A DNA stretch of 63,779 nucleotides, filler included. It is 9 parts of 9 records of this genome, joined end to end, with 100 filler letters (N's around TTAATTAATTAA, not from the genome) between each part and the next. Parts side by side here need not be neighbours in the genome. Positions count along the whole stretch, not along the records: positions 36,824 to 44,820 come from SRR31156797_24631; positions 44,921 to 50,388 come from SRR31156797_24653; 7 more parts are not named here. One strand, given 5' to 3'. Shown here in pieces: positions 38,445-48,058 of the stretch. Both the position numbers and the translations under genes were made by a program. The first letter of the stretch is position 1. Each line of letters starts with the position of its first letter. Under the pieces are notes generated by a model that did not search any database, was not told the DNA's origin, and saw only the letters and a program-made list of their open reading frames with translations.

Positions 38445-39380
38445 TTAAGCCTTCTCATCTGATGGTAGCTTCTTTTTCATGTCAAGCTTAATGACATTCC
38501 TGCGCTCTTCACTCATCTGCGACATGTCCTGTCCGATAAGTCCGTATGCGTCAGACCTGCACTGGCGGCAGTGTCTCATCTGCTGGACATAAGGCTCACA
38601 CTTAGCCTGAATAGCCTTGCACTCTGCTGGCGTTGGCGCTGTCTTGTCAGCGAACTTTGCCTGACAAATTAGTGGCATCACATTCATAATGAAAACACCA
38701 AGCTCATTGATCTTCTTAGCAAGCTCAATGATATGCTCGTCATTGATACCAGGAACAAGCACAGTGTTGACCTTGACAACAAGACCTGCTTCCACAGCCA
38801 TTTTGATACCTTCAAGCTGCTTCTTTACCATGAGCTCGCCAGCTTCAATGCCACGGTAGATCTTTCCTTTGTAAGATACATGACTAACCATCTGTGCTTC
38901 GATCTCAGGATCAATTGCATTCATGGTCACTGTCAAAGTAGTGACTCCGACTCTAAGGAGATCAGGCATTTTATCAGGAAGATTCAGTCCGTTAGTGCTC
39001 AAACAGAGAGTCACATCAGGGAACTCGTTCTTGATAAGCTCAAGTGTCTCAAAGGTCTCATCATTAGCAAGCGGGTCACCAGGTCCTGCAACGCCAACTA
39101 CCTTGATGAAAGGATAGGCTTCCAGTACCTGCTTTGTTTTCTCAAGAGCCGCTTCAGGACTCAGTACTTCACTGGTAACACCAGGTCTGCTCTCATTAAC
39201 GCAGTCAAACTTTCGATCGCAATAATTACACTGAATATTGCATTTCGGAGCTACTGCGAGGTGGATCCTGCCGAACTTGTGCTGGGCCTCTTTGGAATAA
39301 CAGGGGTGTTGTGCTATCACTCTCTTGACATCCTCATCCCTGGATATTTCTATTTCGCAAACGTCTTTCTCATTTTCCAT
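38445..39380 (-). CDS. nifB: NifB radical SAM carbide/L-cluster assembly protein (short form, no NifX domain)
   Basis: All six NifB signatures: HPC, CNIQCNYC, ESRP, AGPG, TVTMN, CRQCRSDA. Confidence 0.9.
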   Translation of the reverse strand: MENEKDVCEIEISRDEDVKRVIAQHPCYSKEAQHKFGRIHLAVAPKCNIQCNYCDRKFDCVNESRPGVTSEVLSPEAALEKTKQVLEAYPFIKVVGVAGPGDPLANDETFETLELIKNEFPDVTLCLSTNGLNLPDKMPDLLRVGVTTLTVTMNAIDPEIEAQMVSHVSYKGKIYRGIEAGELMVKKQLEGIKMAVEAGLVVKVNTVLVPGINDEHIIELAKKINELGVFIMNVMPLICQAKFADKTAPTPAECKAIQAKCEPYVQQMRHCRQCRSDAYGLIGQDMSQMSEERRNVIKLDMKKKLPSDEKA

Positions 39381-39466
39381 TTTCTAGCTCCTATGGTTCT
39401 GAGCAGCTCCAATAAACACGGCTCAATGTAAGGGAAACTACTAGATATACTTTTGTATGGACCCTT

Positions 39467-39811
39467 TTAGAGGGTACTCATTTCACACCACTTGCCTTCG
39501 CCTTCCCACATCTTAACAGACATCGGGAAATCAAGCTGTGAAGACAGCTTTCCGTGTACGTGCTCGCAAAGGTTCTCAACACTTGGGAACTCAAGTATGT
39601 CATTCAGAAGCACATGGTCGTACTCCTTGAGAACTTCCTTTATGACCTTTTTGATCTCGTAGAAATCCATAACCATACCTGTTTCTTTTTTCTCACCTTC
39701 AATGACAATCTCTGTCCTGTAGGTGTGTCCATGAACTATTCCGCAAGTCTCATGCCCTGGAAGATAATGGGCACTATCAATATGATCTATCACTCCAAGT
39801 CTCATTTTCAT
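39467..39811 (-). CDS. queD: 6-carboxy-5,6,7,8-tetrahydropterin synthase
   Basis: SAHYL..CGIVHGHTY, GMVMDF, DHVLLND, PSVENL; TAATG overlap with queE. Confidence 0.92.
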   Translation of the reverse strand: MKMRLGVIDHIDSAHYLPGHETCGIVHGHTYRTEIVIEGEKKETGMVMDFYEIKKVIKEVLKEYDHVLLNDILEFPSVENLCEHVHGKLSSQLDFPMSVKMWEGEGKWCEMSTL

Positions 39812-40530
39812 TATAAGCACCCCCACATTTTGTGGGTCTGTGGTATTATTCTCGTATTAATATCGTTAAGGAAGGATTCCTGAAGTCCAAGCAAATATCC
39901 TGGTTCCGGCTGCATGTCCTTCTGTGTCACAGGCTGCAGTATCAGACTGGATATATAGCCTGCTATAGCACCGACAACAGCTTCAATGTCATCGGCAGGC
40001 GTATCCTTTGTCACAACTATCTTGCAGAAACAATCCCTGTCCTTTGTAGTCTTAAGTGCCCTGAAGCACTCAATGGTTCTTTCAACATGCAGATCAGGAT
40101 CATCAAGCAGTGAATGCGGAAGCAATTTTACATCACCTGAAACATAGGACACCTTGTCCTTAACCTTCTTAGCCATGTGAGGCAGGGTCATATTGGATTC
40201 AAGATATAGTGGTGCATCCGTTTCCAGCACAGATATGAACTCAGCACACAGAAGAGGCTCTCCACCTGTAAGGGATACTGAATGCAATCCCGGATAGGAA
40301 TTAACCATGTCACTAACTTCTTCAGGATTAAGAGGGTTCTCTATGTCCTGAAATAAATTGGAACCCGGCACTTTTTCGAACCTGCAAAACTTTGTAGTGT
40401 CCACAGGAGTGTCACAGTAATTGCAATTCAGGTTGCATCCGGTTAAACGGACAAATGCCTGCCTGTAGCCCACATACGGACCTTCACCCTGCACCGAGCA
40501 GAATATCTCGCTGAGCGATGCCTGCATCAT
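39811..40530 (-). CDS. queE: 7-carboxy-7-deazaguanine synthase (radical SAM)
   Basis: EIFCSVQGEG, FVRLTGCNLNCNYCDT, SLTGGEPL, LQPV, IPQTHK. Confidence 0.93.
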   Translation of the reverse strand: MMQASLSEIFCSVQGEGPYVGYRQAFVRLTGCNLNCNYCDTPVDTTKFCRFEKVPGSNLFQDIENPLNPEEVSDMVNSYPGLHSVSLTGGEPLLCAEFISVLETDAPLYLESNMTLPHMAKKVKDKVSYVSGDVKLLPHSLLDDPDLHVERTIECFRALKTTKDRDCFCKIVVTKDTPADDIEAVVGAIAGYISSLILQPVTQKDMQPEPGYLLGLQESFLNDINTRIIPQTHKMWGCL

Positions 40531-41084
40531 ATCACATCCAGTGGTCTGGATTTGCGAAGGTCTTTTTCGATATCTATAAAGTCATTATAGTAACGGTTTG
40601 CAATTCGCTCCATCAGAAGCTGAACATCATCGCTGCCAAGTCCAAGATCCTCAAGGCTGCCGTAGTAGTCATGCACCACATTAATGCCAAAATGGATCTT
40701 CTGAGAAACCGCTGATGTACTGGCAATGGATACTGTAAGTTTTTTACCATCTACAAAAAGGTCATCACCCTCTCGCACAATATCAGCACGGTATTCAGCA
40801 AACACTTCTTTGACAATTGCCGTGAACAGGCGCTGCCTTGCATACACCAGCTTCAGGTCAGTAGAGTCAAAGTGTTCGATTATGAAGTGGATCATATCAG
40901 TGGAGAAAATCATATCTCCCTGCTTCTTGTCCTCAAGATCGATCATGTGTTCGATCTTAACATCACAGCCGCCCCTAAACGCAATTATGGAGTCTGACTG
41001 GACATCCGCAAGATTGTAGGCCCAGAGTGAGGATATCTGGCTGCCATCATAATCTGTTTTTTTATCAAGAACTATGCATTCCAT
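40527..41084 (-). CDS. DUF366 family protein (biotin/lipoate ligase-like fold)
   Basis: YDGSQI..WAY, MIDLED, HFIIEHFD, RQRLF, REGDDLFVDGKKLTVSIA, KIHFGINV; ATGA overlap with queE. Confidence 0.85.
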   Translation of the reverse strand: MECIVLDKKTDYDGSQISSLWAYNLADVQSDSIIAFRGGCDVKIEHMIDLEDKKQGDMIFSTDMIHFIIEHFDSTDLKLVYARQRLFTAIVKEVFAEYRADIVREGDDLFVDGKKLTVSIASTSAVSQKIHFGINVVHDYYGSLEDLGLGSDDVQLLMERIANRYYNDFIDIEKDLRKSRPLDVI

Positions 41085-41123
41085 TTAATTACACCAATTA
41101 ATTCAAATTTATAAAATCGGTCT

Positions 41124-41819
41124 CTATTCCCCAAGCCTTTCAAGAATAGGATCCTTAAAACCTGCTGCTTCAAATGCCCTTCTTCTTCTTGTACAGCTTT
41201 CACACTCACCGCATGGAGCATCCGAACCGTGATAACAGCTCCAGCTATATTCCAGTGGAGCCTTCAGTTCCATGGCTTTGGCAACTATCTCTTTCTTATC
41301 CATGCCGATGAGTGGTGCGTACACCTTTACACCATTCTGCGTGGAATAGGAAAGTGAATCGTCCATTGCAGTGATGAACTCTGCTGAATTATCAGGGAAG
41401 GTCACAGCCTCCTCTTTGTTGAATCCAACGATTACACATTCACAATCCATGCTCTCGGCAAAAGCTGCTGCAATGTTTAAGAGTATACCGTTCCTGTTAG
41501 GTACCCACACAGCTTTTGCAGACTCGATTGTAATAGAAGGGTCTGCATCGTCGGCTATCTCCTCAAGACTTAAAGCAGGAACTTCTGCATCGGTATTCAC
41601 AAGGGATGTATTGGTTATCTCCTTCATCCATGTTATGTCAAGAACACGATATTCTATTCCAAGTTGTTCGGATACCTTTATCGCATTCTGTATCTCACGC
41701 TCAACAGAGCGCTGACCGTAGTTGAATATAAGAGCCATTTTGACCTCCATCTGCTGCTGCACCATGGTGACCGCAGTAACAGAGTCAAGACCGCTACTTA
41801 ACAAAGCAATTGCACTAAT
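41124..41819 (-). CDS. queC: 7-cyano-7-deazaguanine (preQ0) synthase; probable non-canonical ATT start
   Basis: SGLDS PP-loop, FNYGQR, VWVPNRN, FPDNS, SCY..CGECESC..R; the start coordinate is inferred (see findings). Confidence 0.92.
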   Translation of the reverse strand: MSAIALLSSGLDSVTAVTMVQQQMEVKMALIFNYGQRSVEREIQNAIKVSEQLGIEYRVLDITWMKEITNTSLVNTDAEVPALSLEEIADDADPSITIESAKAVWVPNRNGILLNIAAAFAESMDCECVIVGFNKEEAVTFPDNSAEFITAMDDSLSYSTQNGVKVYAPLIGMDKKEIVAKAMELKAPLEYSWSCYHGSDAPCGECESCTRRRRAFEAAGFKDPILERLGE

Positions 41820-41973
41820 AGATAATCCTCCGAAGAATTAAGTGATTGAAGCTGAGTAATACTCCAGTATTATTGAAGGATTACTAAGAGTGAATGCAAT
41901 TATAAAAACCCATCGCCATTTGTTTCAAAAGAGATAAATATAAAAATGCAATATATATTTATGAGGAATCATT

Positions 41974-42459
41974 TTGCCATCAATCAAAGATAAAGTAACA
42001 CTTGAGAAAACACTCCAACGAATGTATTGGATAGAAGCTGAAATGGAGCAACTAGGCACATGGGAAGCACGCATAGAATTGATGGAAGAGAACGTATCTG
42101 CCCTTGAAACACTATCACATGACTCTGACAGGCACGGAGACATCATGAAAAAATGGCTTATAATAGGAAATATACCCATTCCTGAAGAAGCCCCGCCCGG
42201 ACTTCCAAAACATATTTTTGACTTTGATGGATTGGGTAGCGAGGAAATGTTTAAAAGTATAATGAAATATGAAATCCTGGCAATGAACGTCTACAAAGAT
42301 ATGCAGAATACTAATCCCGAGATCTTGAGAGAATTATTACCTGATGAAAAAGATATGGCTGAATTTCTTAGTGACATGGAACAACTGATAAAGGATGAAA
42401 CAATGCATGCAAGCATCTGTAAGAAACAGGTTGGTGGATTTGCAAAAGTAATGTATTAA
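41974..42459 (+). CDS. ferritin/rubrerythrin-like four-helix hypothetical protein
   Basis: Duplicated E...(D/E)xxH pattern (IEAEME/DSDRHG; YEILA/DETMHA); TTG follows GAGG. Confidence 0.6.
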   Translation: MPSIKDKVTLEKTLQRMYWIEAEMEQLGTWEARIELMEENVSALETLSHDSDRHGDIMKKWLIIGNIPIPEEAPPGLPKHIFDFDGLGSEEMFKSIMKYEILAMNVYKDMQNTNPEILRELLPDEKDMAEFLSDMEQLIKDETMHASICKKQVGGFAKVMY

Positions 42460-42513
42460 TTAATTCCAAAAAAAAATGAGGAGTTCAACCCCTTAAATCT
42501 AAAAGAAAAATAA

Positions 42514-44022
42514 TCAGAGGAACCTGATTCCTTCTGGTATCTCTCCTGCTCTTTTTCTAAATTCGTCAGGCCAGTTCTCAGGATCCAGTCCTTTCTGTGC
42601 AAAGAAAGCGGAAGCCCATCTCTCAAGTCCCACACCGGAACATCCGGACCAGAGTTCCTCACCGGTCTGGGATTTGACATTGAATCCTGATGGATACTTG
42701 TTGCCGTTCACACTGACATTCTGGAACTCAAGCCATTCGCCATCTTCACCACGGTAAGGCAGAACCGCTTCATAATCAGTAGTACCGGCCTCGGTCTGCT
42801 CGGAAACTCCAGTAAGTCCTTCCTGTGCCATGAACCATGGTGTGACCCATGCCTTTCTCCATTCGAGGTCCAGTATCTCATTGAAGATATGCATGTACTT
42901 CTCATGAAGCTCATTTGCGGTCTTGATGACCTGTTCCTTGTTTCCGACCCAGAGGATCTCGATCCTGTGGAACTCGTCCACACGTTCCATGCCGTGAATT
43001 CCACCACTCTCATACCTGTGTGAAGTTCCTGACCTGTCGAATACTTTTATAGGGAATTCGTCAGTTGGTATAGTCTCACCCTGTAAGTATGTCCAGAACG
43101 GAGGACACTGTGCATAGCACATTCCACCTATAGGATCACCGATCATCTCTTTTATACGTTCGGTTGGCACCTCAAGAGTCACTTTATAGTGATCAATAAC
43201 TTCTTCCCAGAACTCAGGGTCCCTTGTCTTTGGCGGGCACACGTAGTAGATCTCAGGATAAACACCCTTTGCATGTCCTGACTTCTGCCAGACCTCCCAT
43301 GGAACAAGTTTCGGGAAGATCATTTCCCTGTAACCAAGAGGAACAAGCAACTCTTCGAGGACAATCCTCTCAAATGTCCTGAACATCTGTGTGGACTGTG
43401 GACCATGTATCCACTGCCCTCTGCTTGCACCTCTCTTGAGCCATCCGGCTTCCATCATTGCTTTGGTAGGGTCTTCTGTGAACTTGTGTTCCTTCTTCTC
43501 GCTCTGCCAGAGGACGTTCCAGTGTTCAGTTTTACCGCCGTATTCTCCTTGTTCCAGTTTATCTTCCATCAGAGAAAGTATCCTGTCAGGAACACGGTTT
43601 GACATTGCAGACTCATCTACGTCAAGTGTCAGTTTGAGAATGCCATCATCATATGCCATCTCAGACACATACGGGATCTTCATTGCAGGAAGTTCCTTTT
43701 CGGAAGGCACCTCTATCGTGAATGAGTCTACCTCAATTCCACGGATACCGATTTTGAAACCCTTTCCAAGTTTTCCGGCAAGAGGCTTTCGCATACGGAG
43801 CAGCGCATCGTGTACACGGACATGCCTGCCGGATTCGATGACGAGCTTTATCCTGTCAGCCTCTACTTTCCACCCTGTGACCTTGGCACCCTGCCCCTCC
43901 GGTGCTCCCTTGGTAAGAATACTGTGATTTGCCTCATGGATGTATTCGGCCACAACATCCGCAGCCTCTGTTGCATCAGCACTTGTTTTAAGTGCACATT
44001 CAAGCCTGAATTTGAAATTCAT
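42514..44022 (-). CDS. serS: methanogen-type (atypical, Zn-dependent) seryl-tRNA synthetase
   Basis: [56 protein letters not shown]; the start may instead be the upstream ATG at 44094. Confidence 0.93.
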   Translation of the reverse strand: MNFKFRLECALKTSADATEAADVVAEYIHEANHSILTKGAPEGQGAKVTGWKVEADRIKLVIESGRHVRVHDALLRMRKPLAGKLGKGFKIGIRGIEVDSFTIEVPSEKELPAMKIPYVSEMAYDDGILKLTLDVDESAMSNRVPDRILSLMEDKLEQGEYGGKTEHWNVLWQSEKKEHKFTEDPTKAMMEAGWLKRGASRGQWIHGPQSTQMFRTFERIVLEELLVPLGYREMIFPKLVPWEVWQKSGHAKGVYPEIYYVCPPKTRDPEFWEEVIDHYKVTLEVPTERIKEMIGDPIGGMCYAQCPPFWTYLQGETIPTDEFPIKVFDRSGTSHRYESGGIHGMERVDEFHRIEILWVGNKEQVIKTANELHEKYMHIFNEILDLEWRKAWVTPWFMAQEGLTGVSEQTEAGTTDYEAVLPYRGEDGEWLEFQNVSVNGNKYPSGFNVKSQTGEELWSGCSGVGLERWASAFFAQKGLDPENWPDEFRKRAGEIPEGIRFL

Positions 44023-44294
44023 TACACTTCCGACACCTTCCGGTTTGTCTGCCGGGCAGCATTCATCTCTTTTCTTTGCTTCCATAGATTCCATTCCTCT
44101 GTATGATAGTGATAGATAAGTGATAGGAAGCAGCTATATCTTAGCTGCTAATCTCACCTGATAATTATTTACCAATGTCTGGCTACTTGTATGCATGATG
44201 TATCTTTTGCTAATTAAGAGCTTCTCTTAATTGGTTGTTCCCCAATAGTCATTCTTTTAATGAAAAAGGACATCTAAGCCGTTAGAGGTGCTTT

Positions 44295-44820
44295 ATGAAG
44301 GTCCTTATATTAGGTGCAGGAGCGGTCGGCCTGACGCTGGCTGCAAAACTATCTTCCGTTTGTAATGTACATGCGGTCTGTCGCCAGAGGCATGCTGACA
44401 GGATAAAGGAAACAGGCTTTAAGATGACAGGTATCTGGGGAAATGCCACCTGTACTTTCAGTTGTTCTGAAGATGTACCGGAAAGCGATTACGATTATAT
44501 TTTTATCACCTCTAAGTCCACCGCAACCAGATCCATATGTGAACAATTCTCCGACATCATCAAAGGCAGAGAAGTCATTAGCATGCAAAATGGAATCGGA
44601 AACGAGGAGATCATTGCAGAATGCACCGACAAGGTCATCGGTGGCACCATCATCACCGGATTTGTATGGACAGGCGATGCACAGATACATGTCTCGGTGG
44701 AGACAGGTCCCATGAACCTCGGAAGGTTCCCTTCAGGAATCGATGACAGCGTACTCCGGCTTGTAGACCTGATAAAGAGTGCAGGCGTAAAAGCCGAAGG
44801 AACAGAGAATATCATGAGCT
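44295..44820 (+). CDS. panE: ketopantoate reductase family protein (3' truncated)
   Basis: MKVLILGAGAVG, FITSKS, SMQNGIGNEE. Confidence 0.85.
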
Positions 44821-44920
44821 NNNNNNNNNNNNNNNNNNNNNNNNNNNNNNNNNNNNNNNNNNNNTTAATTAATTAANNNNNNNNNNNNNNNNNNNNNNNN
44901 NNNNNNNNNNNNNNNNNNNN
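44821..44920. other. artificial contig-joining spacer
   Basis: N44-TTAATTAATTAA-N44. Confidence 0.99.
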
Positions 44921-45163
44921 AATGTCTGTATTGGATAATTCCTTTAAGGAACCGTCGTTTTTGAGAGGATCTTTAACCAGTGGCGCACTTGCCTGGGTTT
45001 TGGAGATGGACGTTTGTACCTGTCCGTTCTTTGCTTCAACATTATACGCTCTGTCCGCCTTGAATTCGTCTGACAAAGAGTTGGCTACATTGTTTGAAGA
45101 AACCGATATCTGGTTTGAAAAAGCCTGTAAAGCTGAAGCATTGTTCTGGATGGTCATGTTCAT
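44921..45163 (-). CDS. short flagellar basal-body rod/hook-like protein (3' truncated)
   Basis: SALQAF..SSNNVANSLSDEFKA N-terminal rod motif followed closely by ELSNTDI C-terminal motif. Confidence 0.7.
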
Positions 45164-45264
45164 GATTTTTACTCCGGTTTGTAACAATTTATATCTAACA
45201 ATATCAAAAATTATTCTTCATAACAATACAGTATGATTGAATTACGGTAAACACAGGCTTTTTT

Positions 45265-45975
45265 TCAGACACTGATGTGAAATGGATTTTGGGTATCCTG
45301 GCCGGGTATGCTGCCTGTTTTGTCATACGCATCAGAAACCTGCTGTTTAGTATAACCGGACACCGCCGTCTCCATTTGCTTGGCCTGATCATCTGCCATA
45401 AGCTGTGTGATTTCAGCCATGGCTTTTGCTGTCAGGGATGCAGCGTTGGATGCCACTTTTAGATCCTGGGAGGATGGCTGGGCAGGGGCTAGTGCTGCGG
45501 CACGTACCCGCTGCATTTTTTGCATTGTTGCCTCGGGATCTCCAGGTTCGGGCGACGTATCAATACTGACCTCTCCGCCTACCGCATAGTTTTTTCCGTC
45601 AGGACCCTGTTGGTAAGAAAAGGTGGCACCAGAGGTAATATATTCGCCGCCTGCGGCAATATGGGCCATTTCGTGAGCCCGAACTTCAGCGTCAACTTTT
45701 TGAAGTTCTTCGACAAGTAGCTTCTCTTCCTGGATAAACCCCGACCCGGCATCGGACTCTGATGGATGATCTTTTTCCTCGGCAGCTTCATCTTCCTGGG
45801 TCTGGGGAACCGGATCGACTTGTTCCTCACCGTCAGACAGGGCCAGGGGACCATTGACCTGCGTATCCTTTGTCCGGGATTCGGACCCGGAGGACGAAGG
45901 TATCAGACCAGGTCCCTGTTCAAGGAAGGACCGATATGTATAATAACTGTTTATTCCTGCAGCCTGGATGTCCAT
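45265..45975 (-). CDS. SprA-related family protein (putative HExxH metalloprotease)
   Basis: DAEVRAHEMAHIAAGG, YQQGPDGKNYAVGGEVSID, AALAPAQPSSQDLKVA. Confidence 0.85.
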   Translation of the reverse strand: MDIQAAGINSYYTYRSFLEQGPGLIPSSSGSESRTKDTQVNGPLALSDGEEQVDPVPQTQEDEAAEEKDHPSESDAGSGFIQEEKLLVEELQKVDAEVRAHEMAHIAAGGEYITSGATFSYQQGPDGKNYAVGGEVSIDTSPEPGDPEATMQKMQRVRAAALAPAQPSSQDLKVASNAASLTAKAMAEITQLMADDQAKQMETAVSGYTKQQVSDAYDKTGSIPGQDTQNPFHISV

Positions 45976-46039
45976 AACGCTCCCTTAAAATAGCAGACAC
46001 CTTTAATATACAAATTTCTTCTAAAGTTTCAAGTGTTTA

Positions 46040-47992
46040 TTACTTTTCACATAGCCAGTAAAAACTGTATCCGGGAATGACAAGACTGTTTTTAAAGATA
46101 TCCGGATTCTCCCCACTGTACAAATCCACCAGCGTTTTGTATTGCGCTTTCCATGTCCCGAGGTCGTCGAGGTTGAGATGCTGAGGGTGCTCACTGAAAT
46201 TGGCCACCACCAGCACCTGCTCGCTTGGCTGTTGCAGGTGGTAACGACCAAAAACAAAAAGGTGCGGATTTTCTACTTCGATAAGCTCTCGATTATTGAA
46301 ATCGGCAAAGACGGGAATTTCTTTTCTTATGGAAATCATTTGTTTCAAGGCAGTGAAGATTTTATATTCGATGGTGCCTGGACGGTTTCTCCTTTCCGCT
46401 TTCTCCCAGTCAAACCATGGTCGGTGTACCCAACGTGAATCCCCTGCCTTAAGGGGATCATCACGGTAGGAGTCGTTGTTGAGGGTGCCGATTTCATCGC
46501 CGTAGTAGATAAGCGGGATACCGCCAAAGGATAGAATCATGCTGTGCAGGAGCAGGATCATTTTGATTGAATCGTCGATCGCTTTATTGTCGCCGGTTTC
46601 AAGGGCATGTTCCAGACCGACGAGTGAAGCAAGAGAGCCTGAAATACGTGCGTCGCCGGTCTTCTTGTTCTGTCCAAAAGGCAGGCCGCGAGCATGGGAT
46701 TCTTCAAACTTTCCGGTGAAATAATCGACCAGAAATTTCCGGTGTCGGGCGGGTTCGTAATCACAAAGCACAATGTCCCGGTCATCAAAACCCAGGCCTA
46801 TGTCATCATGACAACGAACGTAGTTTAGCCAGGTGGCTCTCTCCAGTTTGACCGGCAGGTTCTTGATACCCTGGTTGAGTAGCCGGGCATTTTTGGTAGC
46901 TACCGCGTCCCATAACAGCACCATGAAGGTGGCATTGTAGGCAATCTCACACTCCTTGGCGATAACCGCATCCTCCCCAAAATATTTTATCATCTCTACA
47001 GGAGCAACAATGGCCTCGGCAATGTAGACGACCCCAGGTGCGGTGACCTGGCAGCAGTCTTTGAAAAGCTGTAAGAGTAGATGTGCTTCCCGTTCATTTT
47101 GGCAGGTACTGCCTATTTTTTTCCACAGAAATGCCACTGCATCAAGCCGCAAAACATCGGCTCCCTGGTTGGCCCAGAAAAGGATTATGTTGAGCATCTC
47201 AATAAAAATTGAAGGGTTGCTGTAGTTGAGATCCCACTGAAAATCATTGAAGACGGTCATAACCCAGTGGCCCATTTCTTGGTCCCAAGTGAAGTTTCCA
47301 GGCGATGTCTCCGGAAATATTTCAGGCATGCTCTGTTCGAACATATCCGGGATGTTGCGCGTTGCGAAGGTGTAGTAGTAGTCTTGATATTTTTTTTCAC
47401 CAGCTCTGGCGCGCCTTGCCCAGTAGTGCATGTCGGAGGTGTGGTTGACAACGACATCGAGCACAAGCAGGAGATCGCGCTTTCTCATTTCTGCTGTCAA
47501 CTGTTGAAGATCTTCCAAAGTACCAAGCTCAGGGTTGATCTCTCTAAAATCATTGACGGCATAGCCGCCGTCACTTTTTCCTTCCGGACAGGGTAATATC
47601 GGCATTACATGAATCAGGTTAACACCCAGTTCCTGAAAATAATTCAGGTGTCCCTGCAGGTTTTTGAGGTTACCTGCAAACCCTTTGCAATAGAGAGCCA
47701 TTCCGACCAGCTGCTGGCTGAGAAACCAGCTGTAATCCTTTTCCCGGGCGAGATCGAGCCGGCGAAGATTTTCCGGGCGCTTAATATACTGCATAGCCAT
47801 GGTTTCAACCAGCTTTTGAGCCTGCTCTACAAAATCATCGCGGTCCCCGTAAAGCTTTTGAAACAGGGAGTGAATGCTGTAAAAATTTGCTCCAAGGCGG
47901 GTGTAGAAATGTCGCAGATCCTGCTTGGAGATTTCCGGTTTGATACGGTTAAGAATGTCATTTAAAAGTGTATGGGCAACTTGTTCGTACAT
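46040..47992 (-). CDS. ams: amylosucrase/sucrose hydrolase (GH13_4)
   Basis: SDGGYAV, NHTS, FQWDLNY, LRLDAVAF, AEAIV, YVRCHDDIG, RISGSLASLVG, DSRWVHRP. Confidence 0.88.
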   Translation of the reverse strand: MYEQVAHTLLNDILNRIKPEISKQDLRHFYTRLGANFYSIHSLFQKLYGDRDDFVEQAQKLVETMAMQYIKRPENLRRLDLAREKDYSWFLSQQLVGMALYCKGFAGNLKNLQGHLNYFQELGVNLIHVMPILPCPEGKSDGGYAVNDFREINPELGTLEDLQQLTAEMRKRDLLLVLDVVVNHTSDMHYWARRARAGEKKYQDYYYTFATRNIPDMFEQSMPEIFPETSPGNFTWDQEMGHWVMTVFNDFQWDLNYSNPSIFIEMLNIILFWANQGADVLRLDAVAFLWKKIGSTCQNEREAHLLLQLFKDCCQVTAPGVVYIAEAIVAPVEMIKYFGEDAVIAKECEIAYNATFMVLLWDAVATKNARLLNQGIKNLPVKLERATWLNYVRCHDDIGLGFDDRDIVLCDYEPARHRKFLVDYFTGKFEESHARGLPFGQNKKTGDARISGSLASLVGLEHALETGDNKAIDDSIKMILLLHSMILSFGGIPLIYYGDEIGTLNNDSYRDDPLKAGDSRWVHRPWFDWEKAERRNRPGTIEYKIFTALKQMISIRKEIPVFADFNNRELIEVENPHLFVFGRYHLQQPSEQVLVVANFSEHPQHLNLDDLGTWKAQYKTLVDLYSGENPDIFKNSLVIPGYSFYWLCEK

Positions 47993-48058
47993 ATTCTACC
48001 TTAAATAATAATTGTTACAGTTTTAGTTAGTTCCAGTATGAAATAAAGAGAATAAGGT

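Noticed and set aside
36223..39380. glnK-amt next to nifB as a nitrogen-fixation cluster
   Set aside because: Separated by a spacer; one contig is Bacteroidota-like and the other archaeal.
39467..41819. queCDE as a dpd-type DNA 7-deazaguanine modification or defence island
   Set aside because: No dpdA/tgt paralogue, helicase or nuclease on the contig; the housekeeping context fits archaeosine precursor synthesis.
36824..44820. Pyrrolysine or selenocysteine read-through in the methanogen contig
   Set aside because: All recognisable genes are full length and end at expected positions; no in-frame TAG or TGA splits a domain.
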